Below are positions 12,501 through 25,253 of a stretch of DNA of 64,000 bases, in pieces; position 1 is the first letter of the stretch; the number at the start of each line of letters is the position of its first letter. This stretch comes from Vicinamibacteria bacterium (GTDB taxonomy: Bacteria; Acidobacteriota; Vicinamibacteria; Marinacidobacterales; Marinacidobacteraceae). The stretch covers positions 160,001 through 224,000 of the forward strand of contig OZ241322.1 in NCBI GenBank assembly GCA_965199715.1, read 5' to 3'. The notes under the pieces were generated by a model that did not search any database, had not been told where the DNA came from, and saw only the letters and a list, made by a program, of their open reading frames with translations. Made by a program: the position numbers and the translations under genes.

Positions 12501-15500
12501 CTGTTGGTCAGCCTGTCCACCGCGAGCCCACTCCGGGGCATGATTGCCCCGGCCTCATTGAAGCCGGAACGAGGACGGCGGAGCGTGCACGGCGGACGAG
12601 GCCACTCCGGGGCATGATTGCCCCGGCCTCATTGAAGCCCGGCCGGCTACTTTCCTCCGGGGTACTTCCCGCCGGCCACTCCGGGGCATGATTGCCCCGG
12701 CCTCATTGAAGCAGGCGGTTATCCCCAGCTGGATTTCGCGCGTCGGCAACGCCACTCCGGGGCATGATTGCCCCGGCCTCATTGAAGCCATCCGATCCAA
12801 TGGTTGTTTCAGTGTCGGATGAAACCACTCCGGGGCATGATTGCCCCGGCCTCATTGAAGCGGATAACGCGCCTAATAGGCGATAGCGCAACGCCTTCAG
12901 CCCACTCCGGGGCATGATTGCCCCGGCCTCATTGAAGCGAGGAGCATGACTCCATCGGGCGGCTCGCGGACGCCCGCCCACTCCGGGGCATGATTGCCCC
13001 GGCCTCATTGAAGCAGATCGGGGCGGACGCGACCACTGATACGAGCACCGGGCCACTCCGGGGCATGATTGCCCCGGCCTCATTGAAGCCCAATTTGAAA
13101 TCCTCTTGCCGTAGAGCGCGCGCAACCCCACTCCGGGGCATGATTGCCCCGGCCTCATTGAAGCACTACACGTTTTCATAGCGTGTTAGGCTTCCATCAA
13201 TGACCACTCCGGGGCATGATTGCCCCGGCCTCATTGAAGCATGGCGCGGACCGCCGCGAAGATGCGCGCCGACGAGCCACTCCGGGGCATGATTGCCCCG
13301 GCCTCATTGAAGCCCGAAATTCGACAGGTCGCACGTGGCCCGGAGCCTCACCACTCCGGGGCATGATTGCCCCGGCCTCATTGAAGCCGGGAAGGAGCGC
13401 CTGAAGGCGCGGTAGCGATCCGCCCACTCCGGGGCATGATTGCCCCGGCCTCATTGAAGCGGCAGCTGCTCCCGCTGAACGGTACGCGGGTGACCCATCC
13501 ACTCCGGGGCATGATTGCCCCGGCCTCATTGAAGCCGCGATGTAAAGAAACATCGCCAAGGACGCGCCTATCCACTCCGGGGCATGATTGCCCCGGCCTC
13601 ATTGAAGCCCAATAACGATTGATACGCGAAGGGAAATGCATGGATAGGCCACTCCGTCCCACTCCGGGGCATGATTGCCCCGGCCTCATTGAAGCGTCAG
13701 CCGGACGAATGCGATGTTTGATGGTCTCGGCGCCACTCCGGGGCATGATTGCCCCGGCCTCATTGAAGCAATCCGAGCCGCGTAGTGCCGTCCCATATGA
13801 CTCCAGCCACTCCGGGGCATGATTGCCCCGGCCTCATTGAAGCCATTTACACGGGCGAAACAGGTGTCGAGAAGTTGTACGCCACTCCGGGGCATGATTG
13901 CCCCGGCCTCATTGAAGCATTCGCCACGTCGGCGCGCGGGAAAGCTGGCGGCGGGACCACTCCGGGGCATGATTGCCCCGGCCTCATTGAAGCTGTAGTT
14001 CATGGTTTGCTCCTTGTGGTGGGGTGCCGGGCCCACTCCGGGGCATGATTGCCCCGGCCTCATTGAAGCCGGGGTACCCCCAGCCCCCTCGGGGCAGGCT
14101 ACCCCCAGCCACTCCGGGGCATGATTGCCCCGGCCTCATTGAAGCACCTTTGGGGACCGAGATTTCCGTGCGGGTGGGCATGAGCCACTCCGGGGCATGA
14201 TTGCCCCGGCCTCATTGAAGCGTCGAAGGCGCAGTCGTAGTCGATCCGGTATCGCGAGCCCACTCCGGGGCATGATTGCCCCGGCCTCATTGAAGCGACA
14301 CCGCGATCGGCGCGCAGGGCACGACGCCTTTCACCACTCCGGGGCATGATTGCCCCGGCCTCATTGAAGCGCGGGCCGGATCAAGCGCTTCATCCTCCCG
14401 CCCGGCCGGCCACTCCGGGGCATGATTGCCCCGGCCTCATTGAAGCTGCATGAGCTTCCGGCCGACCACCGGCAGGGGCCCGGCCCACTCCGGGGCATGA
14501 TTGCCCCGGCCTCATTGAAGCGACGTACCGGTGCTCGTGGGGGCGGAAATCGGGGCTGACCACTCCGGGGCATGATTGCCCCGGCCTCATTGAAGCGGGT
14601 TGATGACGCCGCCTCCTCCCGCCGCCACCCGTGCCCACTCCGGGGCATGATTGCCCCGGCCTCATTGAAGCCCCAATCACGCGCGCGAGAAGGACGTTCC
14701 GCGCGTCGCCCACTCCGGGGCATGATTGCCCCGGCCTCATTGAAGCGAGAGCCTTGTACAGCCTCAAAAAAAAATGATCGTCGGGCCACTCCGGGGCATG
14801 ATTGCCCCGGCCTCATTGAAGCCCGTTCCGAGCTCGGCGCGCCGGAGCGTAGCCATCGGGACCACTCCGGGGCATGATTGCCCCGGCCTCATTGAAGCGA
14901 TGGAATGAAAATCTCGACGGAGAAAGCGGCGGAATCACCACTCCGGGGCATGATTGCCCCGGCCTCATTGAAGCCGGCACGTCACAGGTCCGCGTCACAG
15001 TACGTCGCTGAATCCACTCCGGGGCATGATTGCCCCGGCCTCATTGAAGCAGGTCGCGGCGATCGAAAGGACGCCTCGGCGGCGGATCCACTCCGGGGCA
15101 TGATTGCCCCGGCCTCATTGAAGCACCTGGATGGGGCCGGGGGCGCCCGTCCCGCCGCCCCCCACTCCGGGGCATGATTGCCCCGGCCTCATTGAAGCCT
15201 CGAGGGATGGCCATGCATCGCGTAGGGCACACGCACCACTCCGGGGCATGATTGCCCCGGCCTCATTGAAGCATCACGGTCAAGTCGTCGCCGCCACAAC
15301 GTTCAATGCCCACTCCGGGGCATGATTGCCCCGGCCTCATTGAAGCGACGGGCAGGCGAATAGGCCGACCGTCGCCATCGATCCCACTCCGGGGCATGAT
15401 TGCCCCGGCCTCATTGAAGCTTTCGCGCCCCCCGCCGCCGTATCCAGTACGCCCGAGACCACTCCGGGGCATGATTGCCCCGGCCTCATTGAAGCCCGTC

Positions 15501-18500
15501 TTTTTTCAGCCGGACGACGACCGGATCATCGACCACTCCGGGGCATGATTGCCCCGGCCTCATTGAAGCAAGAATCCTGAAGCCGCCGCCGGACTCATGC
15601 TCATTTCCACTCCGGGGCATGATTGCCCCGGCCTCATTGAAGCATCTACGCGGGCGAGACAGGGCGCAAGACGGCGCATCCACTCCGGGGCATGATTGCC
15701 CCGGCCTCATTGAAGCCGACCTCGGTGCCCTCGGCTGAGGCTATCCGTACTCCACTCCGGGGCATGATTGCCCCGGCCTCATTGAAGCTAGGCACAAAAA
15801 AGCCCCCCGAAGAGCGACTCCGGGGGGGCCACTCCGGGGCATGATTGCCCCGGCCTCATTGAAGCACGTTGACTTTGGCTCCTATCGCCGGTTCGTCCGG
15901 CGGCCACTCCGGGGCATGATTGCCCCGGCCTCATTGAAGCGGAATTCGGGTGGCCGACAGCGTTCGCGTTTGTGGCCCACTCCGGGGCATGATTGCCCCG
16001 GCCTCATTGAAGCCGTGATTTCGGCCGCCCAGTGGCCGGATATGGCCCTGCCCACTCCGGGGCATGATTGCCCCGGCCTCATTGAAGCGCTACCGGCTCG
16101 ATCTGGCAGCTGCGCGCGGTCCTTCGCCACTCCGGGGCATGATTGCCCCGGCCTCATTGAAGCAAAGACCATCACGGAGATCATACGTCCTAGCGAGTCC
16201 TGCCACTCCGGGGCATGATTGCCCCGGCCTCATTGAAGCCTGCACACGGAATCCGAGGGCCCCCTCGGGGAGATCGGCCCACTCCGGGGCATGATTGCCC
16301 CGGCCTCATTGAAGCGCCACGTCCGCCAGCGTCAAGGTGCCGCCCGCCGGCCCCACTCCGGGGCATGATTGCCCCGGCCTCATTGAAGCCGGCAGCGGCG
16401 TACCGTGGCACGTGGGTGCACCAGTGCCACTCCGGGGCATGATTGCCCCGGCCTCATTGAAGCTCTTCATTGAATCAAACGATGATGGAAGTTCAATGCC
16501 AACCACTCCGGGGCATGATTGCCCCGGCCTCATTGAAGCGCTTCCGGCCCGCCCACTCAATCTGATCGCCTTCCCGGACCACTCCGGGGCATGATTGCCC
16601 CGGCCTCATTGAAGCCGGAAGGTTGGTTTCGGATGCGCTAATCAATGGAAACCACTCCGGGGCATGATTGCCCCGGCCTCATTGAAGCCCACATTCGGAA
16701 ATCGCGAAGGGAACGCGAGAGTCGCCACTCCGGGGCATGATTGCCCCGGCCTCATTGAAGCCGGCTACGCGCGAAGGCTCGCTGGCGAGGATCGACGCCC
16801 ACTCCGGGGCATGATTGCCCCGGCCTCATTGAAGCAGACCGCCCCCGAGTCGGCCTCAAGGGCTAGACCGCCGGCCACTCCGGGGCATGATTGCCCCGGC
16901 CTCATTGAAGCCGGTGTACGCCGCGAATCCGGCACGTTTCCCGGAGTCCACTCCGGGGCATGATTGCCCCGGCCTCATTGAAGCTTTGAATTCTCGCGCG
17001 ATTGGATTTCTAGTCGTTTGCCCACTCCGGGGCATGATTGCCCCGGCCTCATTGAAGCCCGCCGCACGTGGCGCGGCGGCGGAAGCGAAGAATCCACTCC
17101 GGGGCATGATTGCCCCGGCCTCATTGAAGCTTCCTTGGTGCGTCCATGCCAGTCATTCCATGACACCCACTCCGGGGCATGATTGCCCCGGCCTCATTGA
17201 AGCGCATCGGAGCGTGAAGGAGCATACAATGCGCCTATGCCCCCACTCCGGGGCATGATTGCCCCGGCCTCATTGAAGCTACCAAGCACCTCAAGCTCGC
17301 GACGACGCGCGCATTTCTCCCCACTCCGGGGCATGATTGCCCCGGCCTCATTGAAGCGTGGCGGCCCTGTGTGGCAAAGGTAACGCAGTGCGTCGCCACT
17401 CCGGGGCATGATTGCCCCGGCCTCATTGAAGCAAGGGCATCCACCATACGGTTCCACACGCCTGAAAGCCACTCCGGGGCATGATTGCCCCGGCCTCATT
17501 GAAGCACTGTTACATCCGACGTTGCGGCGGCAGCAGACACAACCCACTCCGGGGCATGATTGCCCCGGCCTCATTGAAGCTGTCCCCACATATCCACGCG
17601 CGATGATGGAATCTTTCCACTCCGGGGCATGATTGCCCCGGCCTCATTGAAGCCGCGCCCGTGGGCGCGTCTAAGGCGCCTAGGAGGCCCACTCCGGGGC
17701 ATGATTGCCCCGGCCTCATTGAAGCCGGATCTTGCTGACGTCCTTGGCGATCGCGTCTAGCCCACTCCGGGGCATGATTGCCCCGGCCTCATTGAAGCGA
17801 GGCATCGCGTCGGGTAGCCGAGCTGCCCGTCCCAGCCCACTCCGGGGCATGATTGCCCCGGCCTCATTGAAGCACTGGGCGACCGGCACGGTCGACGTGA
17901 TCGAGGCTATCCCACTCCGGGGCATGATTGCCCCGGCCTCATTGAAGCCACAGCATCGACGAATGCGGTCGGCTCGGCTGAGACCCACTCCGGGGCATGA
18001 TTGCCCCGGCCTCATTGAAGCCGTGGCACTCGCTAGGCGCAAGCCCGATGGAAACTCCCCACTCCGGGGCATGATTGCCCCGGCCTCATTGAAGCGGGAT
18101 AGCCGCGAATACCTTGCGCTACCACATGCGACCCACTCCGGGGCATGATTGCCCCGGCCTCATTGAAGCTAGACAACGTCGTCAAGCCGCTACTCGACGC
18201 GATATGCCCACTCCGGGGCATGATTGCCCCGGCCTCATTGAAGCGTGACCTTCCGCTTCTGGAAGGCGACTCCGCGGGATGCCCACTCCGGGGCATGATT
18301 GCCCCGGCCTCATTGAAGCAATAGGCGCGGGCGTGCCACTAGGGGCGCGTGTATCGCGCCACTCCGGGGCATGATTGCCCCGGCCTCATTGAAGCCGGCT
18401 CGCCGGGCGGCCGCCGGAGGCGCCGCATGTGACCACTCCGGGGCATGATTGCCCCGGCCTCATTGAAGCGTCCTGCTCACAAACACCAACGCATCCGAGT

Positions 18501-21500
18501 GAAACCCACTCCGGGGCATGATTGCCCCGGCCTCATTGAAGCATCCACTTCGCGAATGCATCCTCGGAGACTGGCTGCCCACTCCGGGGCATGATTGCCC
18601 CGGCCTCATTGAAGCTCGAGGCAGCTATCGCCTTAGACCGCGGCAAACGCGCCCCACTCCGGGGCATGATTGCCCCGGCCTCATTGAAGCAACAATCCTA
18701 CATTACGGTGCGGATCCGGGCGAGGATGTCCACTCCGGGGCATGATTGCCCCGGCCTCATTGAAGCCGGGATAATAACCCTATTGACACCGGGCATCAGT
18801 CTCGTGCCACTCCGGGGCATGATTGCCCCGGCCTCATTGAAGCGAGGCCTAGCCCGCGAGGTACCACAGGGCGGCCGTGGCCACTCCGGGGCATGATTGC
18901 CCCGGCCTCATTGAAGCTCCAGGGTGCCAGAGGTAGAGATAGACGGCGAGCCGGAGCCACTCCGGGGCATGATTGCCCCGGCCTCATTGAAGCTCAGGCC
19001 GAGGCAGTCGACGCGGCCGCCACCGCCGACCACTCCGGGGCATGATTGCCCCGGCCTCATTGAAGCCTAATCGCGTACCAACCGGAGCTCCGGTACCGGG
19101 AAAAACCACTCCGGGGCATGATTGCCCCGGCCTCATTGAAGCATCTTCATCAATCCTTTCATCCGATTCATTCATCAACCACTCCGGGGCATGATTGCCC
19201 CGGCCTCATTGAAGCTCTCTCCCTCCTAATTAGAGGTCTTAAGTAACGCGCCCCACTCCGGGGCATGATTGCCCCGGCCTCATTGAAGCGGATTCACGAT
19301 GCCGCCGCCACCCGCTACCACCTTCGCCCACTCCGGGGCATGATTGCCCCGGCCTCATTGAAGCTATGGCGCGTTCCACCGTGTGCGCAATGCCATGGAG
19401 CAGCCACTCCGGGGCATGATTGCCCCGGCCTCATTGAAGCGGGATTCTCGACAAGGTGCGTTGGGAACGCATCCACGGCCACTCCGGGGCATGATTGCCC
19501 CGGCCTCATTGAAGCGGGCGACTCGAGGCGCAAATGACGCCGGAGAAGCCGCCCCACTCCGGGGCATGATTGCCCCGGCCTCATTGAAGCCACAAGTGGC
19601 TCGTTTCGCTAGATAGATTTCTTTTGGTGCCACTCCGGGGCATGATTGCCCCGGCCTCATTGAAGCCCTGGTAGTCGGCCCCCGCGAGGATCGCGAGGGC
19701 GTCCCCACTCCGGGGCATGATTGCCCCGGCCTCATTGAAGCCAATCCTGCATGATGCCGACCGGATCGCCGTACGCGCCCCACTCCGGGGCATGATTGCC
19801 CCGGCCTCATTGAAGCCACCTCCCGGATGTCTCCGTGCTCGCGGCGCCGCCACCCACTCCGGGGCATGATTGCCCCGGCCTCATTGAAGCTTCGCGCCCA
19901 CCCGGAGCCGAGGCGAGGAGGCGACGCCACTCCGGGGCATGATTGCCCCGGCCTCATTGAAGCGTCGACGAGCATCGAGCCCCAGGTCGATCCGGCCATG
20001 CCCACTCCGGGGCATGATTGCCCCGGCCTCATTGAAGCGAATCGATTTGGCGCGCCTAGGCGACGCCTAGGCGACCCACTCCGGGGCATGATTGCCCCGG
20101 CCTCATTGAAGCCTCCGGCCCCAAGTACTCGACTCCGGGGCATGCGGCCTCATTGAAGCTGGGAGTTCGGCGCACTAGCTCGCCACTCCGGGGCATGATT
20201 GCCCCGGCCTCATTGAAGTTTGCTCAAAATAATGGCCGCCCACTCCGGGGCTGATTGCCCCGGCTCATTGAAGGGTTTCCGACGAGCCACTCCGGGGCAT
20301 GATTGCCCCGGCCTCATTGAAGCAAGCAATGCTACGGCCATCATTGCCCCGGCCTCATTGAAGCCGCATGATGGATACCACTCCGGGGCGCCGATTGCCC
20401 CGGCCTCAAGCCATAGCCACACCCACTCCGGGGCATGATTGCCCCGGCCTCATTGAAGCTCCTCCGTTCCCGCTCCGGCCCCGTCTCAGGCGAGCGCGCC
20501 ACTCCGGGGCATGATTGCCCCGGCCTCATTGAAGCCAACGCGCCCCCGCCTTCCAACCACTCCGGGGCATGATTGCCCCGGCCTCATTGAAGCCCGAAAG
20601 ACGAACGATGATCGTATCCGGATGGCGTTCTTACCCACTCCGGGGCATGATTGCCCCGGCCTCATTGAAGCCAGCCACTCCTTGGTTTCGCCCGCGAGGA
20701 TCGCGCCCACTCCGGGGCATGATTGCCCCGGCCTCATTGAAGCATGCGCCCTGATGCGCGCCAACAGGTCCTGTGGGACCCGGATTGCCACTCCGGGGCA
20801 TGATTGCCCCGGCCTCATTGAAAGCGCGCGAAGCAGACGGTGCGTCCGTGAAAGGTGCCATGCGGCGCCACTCCGGGGCATGATTGCCCCGGCCTCATTG
20901 AAGCACGCGCCGCGAGTTGGTGCGCCATTGGATTCGCGTGCCACTCCGGGGCATGATTGCCCCGGCCTCATTGAAGCGAAATCGCACCGGCCCGCGTGAG
21001 CTCAGCCCCATCCCCCACTCCGGGGCATGATTGCCCCGGCCTCATTGAAGCTGCTTCGGGCTGAGCCGCTCCGCCTCCGGGACCACTCCGGGGCATGATT
21101 GCCCCGGCCTCATTGAAGCCGGGAAAACGAAAAGGACCAGCGCGCGAATGAAGCCACCCACTCCGGGGCATGATTGCCCCGGCCTCATTGAAGCGGCCAC
21201 ACTTCCACGCTTGCCGCCTACCGCACTCCGCCCCACTCCGGGGCATGATTGCCCCGGCCTCATTGAAGCAGCCAGATGGCGACGCTCGTCCGGCCGGGTT
21301 TCCCCAGCCACTCCGGGGCATGATTGCCCCGGCCTCATTGAAGCAAGCGCTACGGCCACCATTGGGGCGCATGATGGATACCACTCCGGGGCATGATTGC
21401 CCCGGCCTCATTGAAGCCATTAGTTACGCCGGATCTCGCAACATACCGAAGGCCGACCACTCCGGGGCATGATTGCCCCGGCCTCATTGAAGCAGCGGCC

Positions 21501-24500
21501 GACCGTAGCGATTTCCCCGCCCAGCCGGAATCCACTCCGGGGCATGATTGCCCCGGCCTCATTGAAGCACCCAGCCGGGGAACGCGCCGGTGGGCCAGTA
21601 CCACCCACTCCGGGGCATGATTGCCCCGGCCTCATTGAAGCCTGATATGAAATCACTCAGAGCGATCATAGATGCCCAGTTCCACTCCGGGGCATGATTG
21701 CCCCGGCCTCATTGAAGCGGCTGGCGGACCGGCGGCATGAAGCTGGGCATGCTCTACCCCACTCCGGGGCATGATTGCCCCGGCCTCATTGAAGCGCCTC
21801 GACGCTGATGCCGGCGATGCTGGTGATCTGGGTCCACTCCGGGGCATGATTGCCCCGGCCTCATTGAAGCCCGGCGCGCCGCCGCGGCGAAAGGTCTCGG
21901 CGCAAGCGCACTCCGGGGCATGATTGCCCCGGCCTCATTGAAGCCTCATGCCTCGCGGTACTGCGTCTCGGCCGCATCGAGCCACTCCGGGGCATGATTG
22001 CCCCGGCCTCATTGAAGCATCGCAAGATCGCGGCGTGATTCAAGAGAATGATTCATCCACTCCGGGGCATGATTGCCCCGGCCTCATTGAAGCTCGTTCC
22101 AAGGCGCATCGTTTGCGACGACGCGCCAACCACTCCGGGGCATGATTGCCCCGGCCTCATTGAAGCATGGAGGACGACGCGGCGAATGCCGCAACTACTT
22201 CACCCACTCCGGGGCATGATTGCCCCGGCCTCATTGAAGCGACGTGCGCGTGCGCGCACCTACGCGATGCATGGCCACCCACTCCGGGGCATGATTGCCC
22301 CGGCCTCATTGAAGCGCCATAGCCGTCTGCCGTGGTTTCCGGCATCGCGACCCACTCCGGGGCATGATTGCCCCGACCTCATTGAAGCTATGTCCGTCCG
22401 ATTGGGCGGCAGGGGCAGGTCCGTCCCCACTCCGGGGCATGATTGCCCCGGCCTCATTGAAGCAAGAACCCAAGCGATGCGGAATGGCATAAGAACGCCG
22501 CCCACTCCGGGGCATGATTGCCCCGGCCTCATTGAAGCGCCATGATGGCCGAGGCGTGGGATTTCATCGCGCCCCGAGCCACTCCGGGGCATGATTGCCC
22601 CGGCCTCATTGAAGCCCGTATCGGTACGTCTCTTCCACTTCACGGATTTCGCCCCACTCCGGGGCATGATTGCCCCGGCCTCATTGAAGCCCCGCCGAAT
22701 ACGCGTCCCACGTGACTCCGCTCGCTCCGCCACTCCGGGGCATGATTGCCCCGGCCTCATTGAAGCCATGTTGTCGAGGTGGTTCCTTCCACCACGCCAA
22801 AGCGCCACTCCGGGGCATGATTGCCCCGGCCTCATTGAAGCGGAATCTGAATCGTGTCTCCACGTTCAGCGAATCCACCCACTCCGGGGCATGATTGCCC
22901 CGGCCTCATTGAAGCGCTCGCGTGGCACTAGACGTTCATGATGCGCCTGTCCCACTCCGGGGCATGATTGCCCCGGCCTCATTGAAGCTTCGCCGTAGTG
23001 GCGGCGTCGCCGCGCACGCGTTGGAGTCCACTCCGGGGCATGATTGCCCCGGCCTCATTGAAGCCCGACACTTCGCGTTGTGATGAAGACGTGTTGAACG
23101 CGCCACTCCGGGGCATGATTGCCCCGGCCTCATTGAAGCCACTCGCCATCATGATGGTAGGCGCGATGGTGGGATACCCACTCCGGGGCATGATTGCCCC
23201 GGCCTCATTGAAGCCGGTCCTTCCGCTGGGGATATCATCTCGTTCGGCGCCGCCCACTCCGGGGCATGATTGCCCCGGCCTCATTGAAGCCCACCTTGCG
23301 CGCGATCACTCATACCAACGCCCCACTGCCACTCCGGGGCATGATTGCCCCGGCCTCATTGAAGCTCGCAGAATGAAGTCAGGATAGTCGTCAATGGCGC
23401 CACCCACTCCGGGGCATGATTGCCCCGGCCTCATTGAAGCAATGTGGTTTCGCGTGGCCGCGAACAACGACTGCGTGCCACTCCGGGGCATGATTGCCCC
23501 GGCCTCATTGAAGCGCGAGCGTGATGAGCAGCGTCCTCGCGGGGTAGTCCGCCACTCCGGGGCATGATTGCCCCGGCCTCATTGAAGCCACGTCCCGGCG
23601 AGGCAAGTATGATCGCCCGCGCCTTCCACTCCGGGGCATGATTGCCCCGGCCTCATTGAAGCCGAGACAGGGTCGAGACAAAGATTCCATCATCGCGAGT
23701 CCACTCCGGGGCATGATTGCCCCGGCCTCATTGAAGCCACCGGGGCACCGGGCGAGTCCGGGGGCGCGTCCGGCCCACTCCGGGGCATGATTGCCCCGGC
23801 CTCATTGAAGCTCGGCTGCCCGGAGTGAATAGGAGGCCTCGCCGCGTTCCACTCCGGGGCATGATTGCCCCGGCCTCATTGAAGCCATCAGGGAAGTAAC
23901 CCACGCACTCCATATCTCACGTGGACCACTCCGGGGCATGATTGCCCCGGCCTCATTGAAGCCTCCGGCGCGCGCTCATGGCGGCTCGGGCCGCGCTGGC
24001 CACTCCGGGGCATGATTGCCCCGGCCTCATTGAAGCTAGGCGCGTGCGCGCGCCTTCCTACGGTTGAACCACGCCCACTCCGGGGCATGATTGCCCCGGC
24101 CTCATTGAAGCAAAGCCTAGAGGCGCAGCTTGGGGATACGACCGGCACCGTGCCACTCCGGGGCATGATTGCCCCGGCCTCATTGAAGCACTAGCACCTT
24201 GCGTCGCTATGTCTGGGCGCAAGTAACCACCACTCCGGGGCATGATTGCCCCGGCCTCATTGAAGCATCCTTCCACTCGCTAGGTAGCGATACCAGTCGC
24301 CTAGCCCACTCCGGGGCATGATTGCCCCGGCCTCATTGAAGCACTCCCGCTTGACGGTCGGCGCCGGCGCGCCGGTCGACCACTCCGGGGCATGATTGCC
24401 CCGGCCTCATTGAAGCGTGCAATACGCTCGCAACCACGGCATATCCAAGTTCGCCACTCCGGGGCATGATTGCCCCGGCCTCATTGAAGCCAACGCCATA

Positions 24501-25240
24501 CGTAACAGGACGCAATCCGCCGCCAGATGCCACTCCGGGGCATGATTGCCCCGGCCTCATTGAAGCTAGGAGCGCTCGCCGTCGGCGGTCTGGGCGCGAT
24601 CACGCCACTCCGGGGCATGATTGCCCCGGCCTCATTGAAGCAAGCACGTCATTAATGACGAGCGCGCCGACCGGAGCGAGCCACTCCGGGGCATGATTGC
24701 CCCGGCCTCATTGAAGCAATCGTGGCCACGGTGGAGCCTCCTTCCGTCGAGAGGCGCCACTCCGGGGCATGATTGCCCCGGCCTCATTGAAGCGGCCCTG
24801 CGCTCGCTGCCGGGCGACGCTGCTGAACCCCACTCCGGGGCATGATTGCCCCGGCCTCATTGAAGCCTTCGCACTTCCACTGTATCGCCGGATTCATAGC
24901 CTCCCCACTCCGGGGCATGATTGCCCCGGCCTCATTGAAGCACTCGCCTTATCCGTGGATATCTTCATGGAATCAAACCCACTCCGGGGCATGATTGCCC
25001 CGGCCTCATTGAAGCGCGACAATTTCCGCGAGCACTCCGGGGAAATCGCACTCCACTCCGGGGCATGATTGCCCCGGCCTCATTGAAGCCCAAAATCGAT
25101 CAGTTCCGCGCGAGTGTCTGTACGCTCCCCACTCCGGGGCATGATTGCCCCGGCCTCATTGAAGCATTCGGTTCGCCTTGGCTGAGGGCGAGCCGCTTCT
25201 TCCCCACTCCGGGGCATGATCGCCCCGGCCTGTTGGCAGG
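595..25240 (+). CRISPR. Large type I-G (I-U)-like CRISPR array, ~330 repeats of 37 bp, spacers mostly 35-41 bp
   Basis: Repeat CCACTCCGGGGCATGATTGCCCCGGCCTCATTGAAGC (hairpin CCGGGGCA/TGCCCCGG, 3' handle ATTGAAGC) recurs every ~74-75 bp. First copy at 595-631; degenerate terminal copy at 25204-25240. The count is estimated from the period, not counted exactly. Confidence 0.98.
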
Positions 25241-25253
25241 ATCACTGCATCCG

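Noticed and set aside
15789-15828. Spacer that is an intrinsic terminator on the minus strand (also TTGACA in the spacer near 18783)
   Set aside because: DNA-targeting systems sample intergenic invader DNA as a matter of course. The terminator is antisense to the pre-crRNA and the TTGACA has no correctly spaced -10 box.
632-25203. Self-targeting spacers or a derivable PAM
   Set aside because: I found no spacer match to 25.3-64 kb by eye (not exhaustive), and the overlapping spacer pairs do not reliably expose the 5' flanks needed for a PAM.
595-25240. Hundreds of short ORFs with MIAPASLK / TPGHDCPGLIEA / MRPGQSCPGV / FNEAGAIMPRSG peptides
   Set aside because: These are translations of the CRISPR repeat in different frames, not genes.
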